A stretch of DNA of 64,000 nucleotides from Octopus sinensis (Eukaryota). The notes under the pieces were generated by a model, which was not told the DNA's origin, did no database searches, and was given only the letters and a program-made list of their open reading frames with translations. Made by a program: the position numbers and the translations under genes. Location: the NCBI RefSeq assembly GCF_006345805.1, contig NC_043010.1:43586001-43650000 (forward strand). Direction: 5' to 3'. Positions 12,597 through 25,099 of this stretch are shown here, piece after piece; position 1 is the stretch's first letter; each line of letters opens with the position of its first letter.

Positions 12597-12632
12597 TGTC
12601 TGTCTGTCTGTCTGTGTTTGTCCACCACCATG
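12331..12632 (+). mobile_element. SINE family B fragment interrupted by (GATA)n/(GT)n
   Basis: CCCGGTTCAGTCCCACTGCGTGGTACCTTGGGCAAGTG..GACGGAAACTGAG. Confidence 0.8.
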
Positions 12633-13555
12633 GTCAACATAACTTCTTGGTCACTTGTCTTGAAAGACCTTAGTATCCATCCTGCCAGTTGTCTGCACTT
12701 CGCTGCCATCTTGGTAATGTGCATATGAAATGATGCATCATTGCACATGCTGATCCATAAGTCTTTCACTGTGTGTAACACTGGGACTGCAATGCCTTCA
12801 GGTCCTGTGTACGCAGGTCGTGAGTCGATAGCGCAGTGCTTGAAATTTTCCAGTAATTAAACTGCATGTTATTTACTACTTCAGCCCACTTGTATGTTGC
12901 ATTGAGGTCCCGCTGTAGGCTTGCGACGTCATCTGGGTTTTTTTATTGCCTGTGATAATTTTGTATCATCGGAGTAGCTAGTGACAGTGGCTGTCCGAAT
13001 GACCGTGGGCATGTTGTCTAAGAGGGCTATTATAGACAGTAACGGCCCCAAAACAGTTTCCAGAACGCCCCTTAGAATTTGAGTATCCTTAGAAAGGGCA
13101 CTATTGGCTGCATAGTTAGTTATTTACTTCAGCCCACTTGTATATTGCATTGAGGTCCCGCTGTAGGCTTGCGACGTCATCTGGATTTTTTATTGCCTGT
13201 GATAATTTTGTATCATCGGAGTAGCTAGTGACAGTGGCTGTCCGAATAACCGTGGGCATGTCTAAGGGGGTTATTATAAATAGTAACGGCCCCAAGACAG
13301 TTTCCAGGGGAACGCCACTTAGAATTTGAGTATCCTTAGAAAGGGCAACATTGGCTGCATAGTTAGTTCAACAATGTTGTGGTCCTGAAAGTACACTCGG
13401 CGTCACCTTCACATTATGGATAGGGTCTACATTATTTGTGAAACAAAGGTCCAAGATGTTGTTTCTCTGGTTGGCTTGAGTATCACTTACTCCATGAAGA
13501 GCATATTAGAAAGTTCAAGTAATGACTCTACATACATTTGTTCTTGCAGTGTCAT
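12630..13555 (-). pseudogene. CR1/L2/Jockey-group LINE remnant (APE C-terminus plus duplicated RT core)
   Basis: ILKPTRxNNILDLCFTNN..DHNIVEL (APE); GVPLETVLGPLLFII..SYSDDTKLSQAIKNPDDVASLQRDLNAIYKWAE (RT, present twice); VKDLWISM..HITKMAAKCRQLAGWILRSFKT. Confidence 0.85.
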
Positions 13556-13745
13556 CCTATAGGGGATGTGGCCTTCTCTATAAGGCTGCACTCTCCGTAT
13601 TATATCCCATTTAAGGCTAAATTCGATCCCGCTTTCCTTCAGTTCCCAAATCTTGCTAGATAAGGACGTACAATTGGCTTGATGTTTGAGTCTAAAAGAT
13701 GAAAAATGATTATTGATACGTCTTCCATATTTATCGAACATCCTA
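13556..13745 (-). pseudogene. Penelope GIY-YIG endonuclease C-terminal fragment
   Basis: RRINNHFSSFRLKHQANCTSLSSKIWELKESGIEFSLKWDIIRRVQPY resembles RYNNHxxSFR..TxLSKxIWxLK..IxWxI...PY. Confidence 0.8.
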
Positions 13746-13910
13746 TATATATATATAAAATTACCAGCCTCAGTTATGATTGTACATTAACAAATTACAT
13801 TTTGGATTAGACATCGAACTAATAACGGACAGTGAGATTTAACTCTACAATTGCAACCAGGAGCATTACTAATATTAATATTACTGATATTCCTACCATT
13901 GTTACTATTA

Positions 13911-13970
<60 letters not shown>

Positions 13971-14162
13971 CACTACTACTACTACTACTACCACTACAAT
14001 AATCTGTTATTTTTATTATTGCTATTATTATTTATACTTCCTTCAACTGAAGTATCATTTAAGAAAAGTAATTTCATGGTTGTATCTTGCCTTAGACAAA
14101 GAGAGGTTGTAGTGGTGGAAATGAGTATTAAAAATGTCTTTATTTGCTGATAATTTCGTAAC

Positions 14163-15242
14163 TCTTGCTAAAAATCAAAGCGAAAGCTTCAAAAAACCAC
14201 CAACTCTACGATAAATACACACACGAGCAATGTAATGATATATTTTTTTTAATAAGCCTACCTTCAGGGTGGAATGTGAAGGCAGCTAATACATATCCCA
14301 ATATCACATTTGATATGATTAAATATTGTAAGTTTTTGGATAATTTTCGGTTTTTATTTTTTTATTGCCGGCGAAGGACTGCGTCTGCGCAGTAGATATA
14401 TTTAATCTAAGGTGTACTTGTTGAAAACGATTTCACCTCGCGAGTAAAAGTTATTTGCTTGCTAAACTAAAATCAGAAAAGAAGGGTAAAGATACCGCTT
14501 GCTAAAAATCAAAGCGAAAGCTTTAAAAAACCACCAATTCTACGATAAATACACACACGAGCAATATAATGAACATTTTTAACAAATAGGCCTACCTTCG
14601 GGATGGAATATGAAGGCAGCTAATACATATCCCAATATCAATTGATTTCATGCCGTGTAGTTATCGTAGAATTGGTGGTTTTCGAAGCTTTCTCTTTTAT
14701 TTTTAATAAGCAGTATCTTTACCCTTCTTTTCTTCAAATATTTTATATTATACCTGTTTAGGTAGAAGTCAGGCTAGCCACCTCATTATTACTGTTTTTA
14801 ACAGTAATAATACTTTACATATTTACTTTCTTATTGTTTACGATAGTTTTTCTCTTTAAACGGAGTGGGACGTTTAAAGTTAGGAGCGCACACAAGTTGA
14901 CGTAATGAATATTTTAGAAATAGATGTCAAATACTATTTCCAACTGAGGATTGCAAAGCATGTTTCTCATGCACAGCATGAAATCAATTGATATTGGGAT
15001 ATGTATTAGCTGCCTTCATATTCCACCCTGAAGGTAGGCCTTTTTTTTTAATGTTTATTACATTGCTCGTGTGTGTATTTATCGTAGAATTGTTGGGGTT
15101 CTTTTAAGCCTTTGCTTTGATTTTTAGTAAGCGGTATCTTTACCCTTCTTTTCTTCAAATATTTTATATTATACCTGTTTAGGTATAACCACCTCATTAT
15201 TGCTGCTATTAACAGTAATAATACTTCACATATTTACTTTTT
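14163..15242. repeat. Cluster of direct and inverted partial copies of an unidentified repeat
   Basis: 14475-14554 is inverted relative to 14655-14733; 14475-14653 is inverted relative to 14976-15153; 14163-14305 repeats part of 14495-14640. Confidence 0.85.
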
Positions 15243-15329
15243 TAAATATATATGCATGTATGTACGTATATAATATGCGTGTGGTGTTTGTTTATACATA
15301 CATACACACACACACGCACACTCACACAC

Positions 15330-15364
<35 letters not shown>

Positions 15365-15384
15365 CATAACATTATACATATATA

Positions 15385-15439
<55 letters not shown>

Positions 15440-15442
<3 letters not shown>

Positions 15443-18400
15443 ATCCAAACATGAACAAAAAGAGAAAACACAACAACGCGAGGACGTGGAACAAGTATAG
15501 TGTTATTGGCAGCTCAGGAAAGGAAAGAAAGAAGGAGGATTTAACGTTTCGAGCGGAGCTCTTCGTCAGAAACATAGAAAAAGGAAAGGTCCAAGGAAGG
15601 GAATGGGTGAAGAAAAAGTTCTTTCAGAGACAGAAGAGTTCAAGAGAAGGAGGTATGTGTGTATATGTGTGGGTATGTGCGTGCGCGCAGGTCTGTGTGT
15701 GTGTGTGTGCTTGTGGCTGTTTATCTATGTGTATGGTTGAGCTTAGTATCGTTTAAGATCATAGGAAGAATTTATAGTAAGAATTTTGGTAGGAGTGGCT
15801 GCCTGTTGTGTGTCTACCTACACGTGCGTAGGAGAATGATAAGTAGAAGGTACTGGTAGATTGAAATATGCGTGTGTGCATGTATGTATATGTAGTGTGT
15901 GTGTGTTTTCTTTGCTGTGTGTGTATGTATGTGTCCGTGTTTGTATGTGTGTATACTTAGAGGTTGTGTTTGGGGGAGTAACTGTACTTTACAATGTGCA
16001 TGTGTGCGTGTGTGTATACATGTGTGCGTATGTGTGTACATGTATGTATAATTGTGTGCGTGTATGTATGTGTGTGCTGTATGTGTATGGGAGGTATGTG
16101 TGGGTTCATTTGCGCGTGCGTGTGTGTGTATGTGTGTGCGTGTATATATACACGTGTGTGAGTATGAGTGTATTTGGGTGTGTACATGCGTGAGTATGTG
16201 CGTGTGTATTTTGTGTGTATGCATGTGCATGTGTTTGTGAACGAGGGGTTGTGTAGGGGGTATAGGTGCGTTTTTTTGCGCGTGCATGCATGTGCGTGTG
16301 TGTCCGTGTACATGTGTATGTGCGTGTTGTTGTGTGTGCGTGTGTATGTGTGTACGTGTGTGCGTATGTGGGTGTATATACGTGTATGCGCGGGGTTGTG
16401 AGTGTTAGGTATGTATGCATTCGTGTACGTATGTACGTGCGTATGTATGCGCATGTGTGTGCGTGCGTGTGTGTGAATGCGTATATATGTGTATACGTAT
16501 GTGTATGTGCGTGCATGCGTATATTGTGTGTGTATGCATATGTATGTGGCTGTATGTGAATTTGTGTATGCGTGTGTGCATGGGTTGTGCTTGTGTGAGG
16601 GGGTTGTGTAGGCGTATATGTGCGTACCTGTGTGTATGTGCGTGGGTGCATGTGCTTGTGTGCATGTGCTTACGTGCGTGTGTGCCTGTATGTGCGTGTG
16701 TGTTTGTGCCCATGTGTGTGTAATTGTGTGCCTGTATTATGTGCGTATGTATGTGCGTGTGTATATGTGCGTGTGTATGTGCGTGCGTGTATATGTGTGA
16801 ACGTGGAGATGTGTGTCGGGTTATGTATGCATTTTGTTGCGTGTATGCGCGTGTGCTTGTATGTGTGTGTATGTTGTTGTGTGTAGTTTATGTGTGTGTG
16901 TATAAAGGTATGTGTATCTGTGTGTGCGTGGGGTTGTGTGGGATAGGTATTTATGCATTCCTGTGCGTTTGTATGTGTATGTGTGTACTTTGTGCACGTG
17001 TGTGTATGTGTACGCGCATGCATGTGTGCGCGTGGGTGTATATGGATGTGTGTGTGTGTATGTATGTGTATATGTATGTGTGTGGAAGTATGTGTGTATA
17101 TGTGCATGTATGTGTGTTGTATGTGTGTGGGAGGTATATGTGCGTTCGTGGATATGCACGTATGTGTGTGTATGTGTGCGGATATATAGAAATAAAAAGA
17201 ATAATTTATAAGGACAATAAAATATAATCAATAAAAACAAAAAATTATAAAAACAATGAAATATAAAAATTAAGGTTGAAAGGAGATAAGGAAGTTAGTG
17301 CAATATAAATGACGCGATTACAAGCAAAAATGAAAAATGAAATAAGGTTGCTTGTTGCAGGAGGTGTAGAGGCAGTCAATAGGAGGAGGGATTGTCTTTA
17401 GTTCGTAGGGGATAGTTATCCGTAGATTAAAGATAAACTGCTGTTCCAGGCGGAGTCGTGAGTGTGTGGATCCGTAGTGTAGAGCGAGGCCAAAGACGGA
17501 ATGTTAGAGGGGGAATGGTTGGCCACGCGGAAGTGACGAGCGACGAGAGTGTTTGAACGTAGACGAACATCCCTTAGATGTTCGGTGAACCGGTCGGCCA
17601 GTCTGACCTACATATAGTTTACCACAGAGGTTGCATTTAATACAGTATATGAGGCTAGAAGAAGTGCAAGAGAGGAAATTTGTTATGTGAACAGTTTGCT
17701 GATTAGAACCAGTGAGAGAAGTAGTGTTGGTGATGAAGCGGCAGGTGTTGCAGCGGGATCTGGAGCACGGGAAGGATCCATGTGGGGCTGGGGGGAAGAG
17801 GAGCTGCTACGGACCAGAAGATCACGTAGGTTCCGGGCGCGTTTAGAGGAGGACAATGGTGAGTTGGGGAAATGGTGCTGTGGCGGGGCGAAGGGGTGGA
17901 AAAGGAGAGGAAAGGGGGTGCGGCTAGGGGGTAGTGCGATCGATTCGACGAGCGCGGGCAAGGGCGTTTTGGACAAGGGTTGAGGGATATCCTCGATGCC
18001 TGAACAGACGGGCCAGGTACTGGAACTGGGTCTCAAAATCCTAGTCCCGGATGCACAAGCGTCGGAGGCGGAGGAACTGGGAGTAGGGTATGGCCCGTTT
18101 GGTGTGGAAGGGATGGGAGGAGGAGAAGTTGAGGTAGAGGTGGGAATCTGTAGGTTTGAAGATGGCGGAGGTGGTGAGAGAGTGGGAGGGGTGGTCAATG
18201 GCATGATAGATATAAAAGAAGTTAACAGAGGTGTTAGAGATAGTAGAAGTGAATTGGAGAGAAGGGTGGAAGTTAGAGAGGAAAGAGATGAAGTGGTAGA
18301 GTTGTTCAAGGGAGAGGGAGGTGGCACCTATACAGTCGTCTATGTAGCGACCGTATAGCTCTGGGGTCGGTCCGGAGAAATGGGAGAATGCTTGGGTCTC

Positions 18401-18505
18401 AATGTGGCCAACAAAGAGGTTGGCGAAATTGGGGCCTATTCTCGTTCCCATCGCGACTCCAGACAGTTGTTGGTAGGTTTCCCCAGCGAACGTAAAGTAG
18501 TTAAA
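15440..18505 (-). mobile_element. 5'-truncated Neptune-like Penelope element (RT, Cys linker, GIY-YIG, CA-rich 3' region, hammerhead-bearing end)
   Basis: VAMGTRIGPNFANLFVG..YGRYIDDCIG..HPFHTKRAIPYSQFLRLRR; CTSSSLIYCIKCNLCGKLYVGQTG..FTEHLRDV. Frameshifted; ends in (TA)n. Confidence 0.85.
15539..15573 (-). ncRNA. Minimal type I hammerhead ribozyme motif
   Basis: Minus strand GTTT-CTGACGA-A-GAGC-TCC-GCTC-GAAAC-GTT-AAAT: core, helix II, palindromic AACGTT helix III, 4-bp helix I. Confidence 0.6.
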
Positions 18506-18514
18506 GGTGAGACG

Positions 18515-18587
<73 letters not shown>

Positions 18588-18812
18588 ATATATATATATT
18601 ATTCATCATGCATCATGCATAAATGTATCATATGAAAGCATCAATGTATATACACACATACACAAGCATATATATATATATATATATGAATAAAAAATGG
18701 AGTTAACGCAGGTTTAAACAAGTATTTTTACTTTCTACATATGTTTTGCTGCCCTGGTAACTATTTATTTATTTTTCCGTGTTAATTGTTAACAAGGTAA
18801 AATACACTCATC

Positions 18813-18845
<33 letters not shown>

Positions 18846-18852
<7 letters not shown>

Positions 18853-21125
18853 CACCACGAAGGACTGCAGGCCCTTCGACACTTTCTTGACCTCCGCCCT
18901 AACCCTGTACCTGACACCTCCACACTCATTCGTCTGGCCGAACTTGTCCTTACTCTGAACTGCTTCTCGTTCGCGGGCGAGTTCTACCATCAGGTCTCGG
19001 GAGTGGCCATGGGACGCGAATGGGCCCCAACTATGCGAACCTGTTCGTTGGCTATGTTGAGGCCCAAATATTCTCTAATTTCACTGGTCCCACTCCTGAA
19101 CTATATGGTCGTTATATTGACGACATTATCGGTGCCACCTCACTCTCCCGCGAACATCTAGATTCCTTCCTCTCTTTCGTCCAATCTTTCCATCCAGCCC
19201 TCCACTTCACTTCCACTATCTCCAACACCTCTGTCTCCTTCCTCGACATTTCGGTTAGCATTCTTCACTCCACTCTTACCACCTCCATTCACTACAAACA
19301 CACAGACTCACACTCATACCTCAACTTCTCTTCCTCCCACCCAGAACACACCAAGCTTTCCATCCCCTATTCCCAATCCTCCGTCTACGTAGGCTCTGTA
19401 GTGACGACCATGACTTTGAGACTCAGTCTCAACGTATGGCTCACCATTCACCCTACGTGGATACCCCCTCACCACTATCCACACCGCCCTTGCCAGAGCA
19501 CGGTCCGTGGACCGTGTATCTGCTCTCTCTCCCCGAACCCGCCCTGTAGTCTCCCGCCTCCCTTTTCCCCTCACTTACCACCCCACGACCCTACGTCTCC
19601 AACGCACCATTCTTCGAGCTTTCCGTCATCTCCAGTCCGACCCGTCCACTTCACACCTCTTCCCTAACCGACCCCTCCCCTCTTTCAAACGAGCCCACAA
19701 CCTTCGAGACTTTTGGTCCATAGCTCCTTCCCTGACCCTACCTCCCAACCCGGCTCGTTCCCCTGCTCCCGCCCACGTTGCCGCACTTGCCCTTACCTCT
19801 CCAACACCACCCGCCTCACTAGCACCCACCATCGACCCTATCCCATCATCCACTCCTTCACCTGCACCTCCAGCAATATTATCTATTGCATCTCTTGCTC
19901 TCTCTGCAATTCCTTGTACATCGGACAAACGGGACGCCGCTTGGCTGACCGGTTCGCGGAACACCTTCGTGACATCCACCTTGCGAACGACACACCGGTC
20001 TCACGCCATTTCCGCTCCACGGTCACTCCTTGCAACACCTATCTGTGTTCGGTTGTCCTTACACAGAGGCCATCCGGATTCCCGTTTGCGCCGTGAACAG
20101 GAATTAATCTTCTCTCTTCGCTCTTATACGCCATTTGGTCTCAACTCTCCCCCCTCCTCATCTAAGCCCCTCTCCCCCCTCCTCACCTATCCTTTCTCCC
20201 CGACCCCTACTTCTTCAGTCCTTCATCCTTTCAATCCCTACTCCCCTTCCCTCTTCCCTCTTTCTCCCTCCCTCTTCCCCTTCCTCTGCTCCTCTCTCCC
20301 CCTCTCCCCTCTTTCCTCCTTCATCCCCCTCCTCCACTCCTTCTCCCCCATCCTTCCTCTTCTCCCTTCTCCTCCCCCTCTTCTTCCCTCCCCTTTCTCT
20401 CCCCCTCCCCTTCTCCCCCCCCCCTCCTCCTCTTCTCCTCACTACACCACATGACTTTACACATCACATCACATATGATGTGCCATACTAATACACACAC
20501 CAACTAATACATACTAATACGTACTAATACATACTAGTACATACTAATACTTACACCAACCCTATACATACACACGTCCAGACCCCGCATACGCACTTAT
20601 ACTCTCTCACACACACACCTATACATACTAATACGTACTAATACATACTAATACATACTAATATAAACACACAACCCCATACATACGCACGTCCAGACCA
20701 ATCCTATGCACTAATACTCTCTCATACACACACACACACACACACCCTTATACATACTAATACATACACCAACCCTATACATACACACATCCAGACCCCT
20801 CCCACGCACTTTTAGCTGGTCCCTCAACCCGTTTATCAACCCTATTATCTCCCCTTATTTCGCTCTCGCGTCTCATGTTTGATCTTTGACCTCTGGCCGA
20901 AATCAGATCGCCATGTTGATTCGTTAGCTACTGCACGCATTTTTTTTTTCTCTCCTCTTTCTGTGTTTTTCTCTCTCTGTGTATCTTTCTGTTGAAGAGC
21001 GTAGGCTCGAAACGTTAAAGACTTGTTTTATTTATATTCCTGAGCGCCATACTAATACAATTGTTTGTTTGTTTTCCACCTGCCTTCGTCTTTTGTTTAT
21101 TTTCATAAAGCTTCCCGTTATATAT
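18846..21125 (+). mobile_element. 5'-truncated Neptune-like Penelope element
   Basis: PHHEGLQALRHFL..GVAMG..GPNYANLFVG..YGRYIDDIIG; PCSRPRCRTCPY..IIYCISCSLCNSLYIGQTGRRLADRFAEH (GIY-YIG). Then a CT-rich tract, an ATACTAATAC array and a hammerhead-bearing end at (TA)n. Confidence 0.9.
20984..21021 (+). ncRNA. Minimal hammerhead motif with variant core
   Basis: TCTTT-CTGTTGA-A-GAGC-GTAG-GCTC-GAAAC-GTT-AAAGA: perfect 5-bp helix I, but CUGU replaces CUGA. Confidence 0.5.
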
Positions 21126-21172
<47 letters not shown>

Positions 21173-21177
21173 TATTA

Positions 21178-21209
<32 letters not shown>

Positions 21210-21844
21210 AATATAATATATATATATACACGGTGTGTGTGTGTGTGTACATATACAGTTATACGTGTGTATTTGTTTGTATGTGTATGTATGCATGCAT
21301 GAATCTGTGTATAATAACTAAAAGATGGCACGAAATATAGCATGCACTATTTTAACAGGTAAAGGATACTGACAAAGCTTTCAGCGTCACGCGCGTTTAA
21401 CAGTGGAAAGAAGAGACAACTAAATAAGAAACTGTCAGACTGGCAGGAGATATAAATTAGCAAGTGTTTGTGTGTGTGTGTGTGTGCGTGTGTGTGTGCG
21501 CGCCTGCGTGCACCTGCGTGCTAAATTATGGGCATATATTTAGGAGATGCATGCGCGAACATAAATTGAGTATACAAACACAGACACATACACAAATACA
21601 TACGCAGATACATACAAGCATCTGTAGACACACATGTATACTCATATATGTGATCATGTATATGTGTGTATATCCATTTTTATACATATACTTACACATA
21701 CAGATACACATGCGTGCACACACATACGTATATGAATATATACCATATGTCAATTTAGGAGTGTATATATATATACATTTATAATTGGCTGTCTGGCTGA
21801 CTGGATGGCTTGATTGATAGATAGAAGCATGTATGAGCGTACGT

Positions 21845-21872
21845 ATGTATGTATATGCAAATAGACGCATGA

Positions 21873-21962
<90 letters not shown>

Positions 21963-22072
21963 ATATATGTATTTATATATATATGTATATATGTATTATA
22001 TTATATATATATATATATTATTATATATATATATATATATATGTATTTAATATATATATATATATATGTATT

Positions 22073-22106
<34 letters not shown>

Positions 22107-22210
22107 ATATATATGCATGTGTTAATGCTTGTTTGTGTGTATGTATGTGCGAATGAATGTATGCATGCACGCATGTATGCATGTATGTATGTATGTATGT
22201 ATGTATGCAT
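21845..22210 (+). repeat. (TA)n/(TATG)n microsatellites
   Basis: Directly visible. Confidence 0.95.
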
Positions 22211-22588
22211 GCATGCATATCGCACCATCCCTTCTCAGTCTACGCAACAATTATCAACGGCACGACAGCTCGTCAGGCAGTCATTAAAGCACATCCTTTG
22301 ATCTACTCTGTTGCACGCGTTCATACGATACTTATGCTGGTCGCCATCATGATCAAAGATTATTCCGGCGTCCATCCACTTCCAAAGTCGAAGGACTTTT
22401 CTCTTTCTCTTTCTCTTTCTCTTTCTCTTTCTCTTTCTCTTCTTCTTTGTCTTCTTCCTCTTTTTCGTCTTCTTTTTCTTTTTCTTTTTTCTCTCTTTTT
22501 CTTTTTTTTCCATGTTTTTTTTCACCTTGTAGTAGGCGTGGATGGGTGGATGAATGTGTAAAAACTACTACTACTACTACTACTACTA

Positions 22589-22640
<52 letters not shown>

Positions 22641-22829
22641 GTTCCGGTGACAAAGTAGACGGCGATAAACAGTATCGTTAAATAAACTAGGATCGGTTCA
22701 AACGACTTGATTCTCCCACCATGAATTCGTGGCGTTGTGCCAATGAGGGAATTTAAACTTTTTGCAGTAAATTAATAATTACAATTGAAATAAGTTTCGC
22801 TCCCCACCGCAACCTACTCTTCCTCATCA

Positions 22830-23170
22830 TTATCATGATCATCATCATCATCATCATCACCACTACCACCGTAACCAACGCCACCACCAACACCACTACC
22901 AACAACACCGCCACCATCACCACTAGCATCACTACTATTACTATAACCACAGCCACGGTCACTATTACTACTATTACTACTACAACTACTAACTACCACC
23001 ATCACTACCATCACCACCACTATTACTACAACTACTACAACCACCATCACCACCACCACCATCACTACTACTACTACTACTACTACAATCATCACCACTA
23101 CTACTACTACTACTACTACGATCATCACCACCACCATCACCACCACCACCACCACTACTACTACTACTAT

Positions 23171-23225
<55 letters not shown>
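22830..23225 (+). repeat. (CAT)/(CAC)/(TAC) triplet array
   Basis: Directly visible. Confidence 0.95.
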
Positions 23226-23227
<2 letters not shown>

Positions 23228-23479
23228 GCTGTGAGATTTTGCATGTTTTCACTGCATTATTGAGCGTAACACCGTGAGCCTTGGAGATGTGCAGTCTTGT
23301 TTTGGTCTTGCTAGTTTTTACTATATCACTCTACGTTAATTTGTGTAGTTTCCTGTGGCTTTAGTCTACGTGTTTTGTTTGCTTTGTTTTGGGGGCTTTT
23401 TCGCATTTTGTTTTTCTATTTTTGATGGGTTTTTTTTTTGCTTTTTGTTTTTTTTTTTTTTTATTATCATTTCATTTCC

Positions 23480-23775
23480 AAACCATCGATTGTTATAGGG
23501 ATTGTTTCTGTTCTCAAACCCTACATTCAGGTTATCTCTATTTTCCGACTGGATAATTTCTCCATCTCTTTTAGAGATATCATTTGTTGGGACTGATATG
23601 TAGATTAGGAGGTCTTTCTTTCCCTGGTGGTCCATGACAACGATATCTGGCTGATTAACATAACCCAAAGCATTGGTTGTATTGCCACGCCACTTCTTTT
23701 CTGTTGCAATTTCATTGTATTTATATAATTTCCTGGCAAAGGAGGCAACATGATTAATTTTTCCTTCCACATCTC
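23480..23775 (-). pseudogene. R4/Dong-clade restriction-like endonuclease fragment
   Basis: NQPDIVVMDHQGKKDLLIYISVPTNDISKRDGEIIQ resembles NRPDIVVxDK..LLIDIxVPxD.NI..KExEKI. Confidence 0.7.
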
Positions 23776-23811
23776 CACAGATTCTGAAGTTACATATGAT
23801 ATTGTCTTGCC

Positions 23812-24012
23812 AATCGTTAGCGTGTCGGGCAAAATACTTAGCGACATTCCTTGAGGCTCATTACGTTCTGGGTTCAAATTGTGGCGAGGTCGACTTTACC
23901 TTTTATCTTTTCGTGATCGATAAAATAAATAGCAGTTGAACACTGGAGTCGATATAATCTACTTACCACTCCCTTTAAATTTCTGGTCTTGTGCCGAAAT
24001 TTGAAACCATTA
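23812..24012 (+). mobile_element. SINE family A
   Basis: Matches 333-550. Confidence 0.75.
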
Positions 24013-24411
24013 AGATTTTTGTAATATTTTTTTGTTAATTGGTTTCACTGCTCAACTGTACTCAACTCTCTGTCCATAGGACATGTTAGTAGTTTGTTTT
24101 TTTTATATTTTTCAGGAATCACTCAGTGTAGTAAATGTGCAGTACAGGGTAGTAGTGTTTTCGGTGTTCTGTGGAGGGTCTGTGTATGTGAGGGGAGTGT
24201 GTATGTCTGTGTGTTTATGTGTCCGTGTGTGTGTGTGTGTGTGTAAATCCTACGAGTTTGGTGGTTTGTTTTGTTTTTTTTATTATTCTCAAAGACCCAA
24301 TTATTATAAGGAAGGTTACTTTTCATAATCCACATGTTTTGTTTTTCTCGTTATTATTACTATTTCCATAATTTAGATTTGGATTTATTATTATTATTAT
24401 TATTATTATTA

Positions 24412-24478
<67 letters not shown>

Positions 24479-25099
24479 GCTTCTCAGTTTTTGGTTAAGA
24501 CAGAAGTATATTATTATTATTATTGACCTCAGTGGGATTTGAATTTCTAACTTCAAATCCTGCCAAGATTGATTCTGCCTTTCCGGGGCCGATAAAATAA
24601 AGTTCATCAGAATTATATAAATGCTTCATTCTATATTAGTAAAAACAACTGCGAAAACGACAATAACTTTCTCGTGTATACACAGGCCTTTTCCAGTGAA
24701 AACATTAGTGGAGAAACAACCTTTACCTATGTTGCTTCAGATTGAAGTATCTAAATTTGGGCAAGGCGTAGGGTCAGGAGCTGTGGCAACATTATGTTAG
24801 AAAATTCTCTGCCTCTTTGCATATTCGAGTGCAGGAAAGGGAAAAGCTAGCATATCTATATTCCACGAAAAACATATCAGGGCTCATTATACCCATAAAG
24901 GAGCAACTGATGGATACTTTGGATTATGTATGGAGATAATTGCATCCATTGACTGAGGCTAGTAATATGAGACCATGGACCTCCACTTCAAGACCGAGTC
25001 CGAAACGGAACAGCGAGTAGAAATGATACGTAAACCAGTATGAAAAAGAAAAAAAAAACAATCTAAACGTTTGAACACTAAAGGATACCACAAGTCATC

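Noticed and set aside
18730-18765. Minus-strand AAAACATATGTA resembling hammerhead helix III
   Set aside because: No CUGANGA core or helix II; too decayed to call.
20483-20800. CRISPR-like array (ATACTAATAC units and ~100-bp repeats)
   Set aside because: No constant repeat with unique spacers and no cas genes; it is a minisatellite in a eukaryotic Penelope 3' region.
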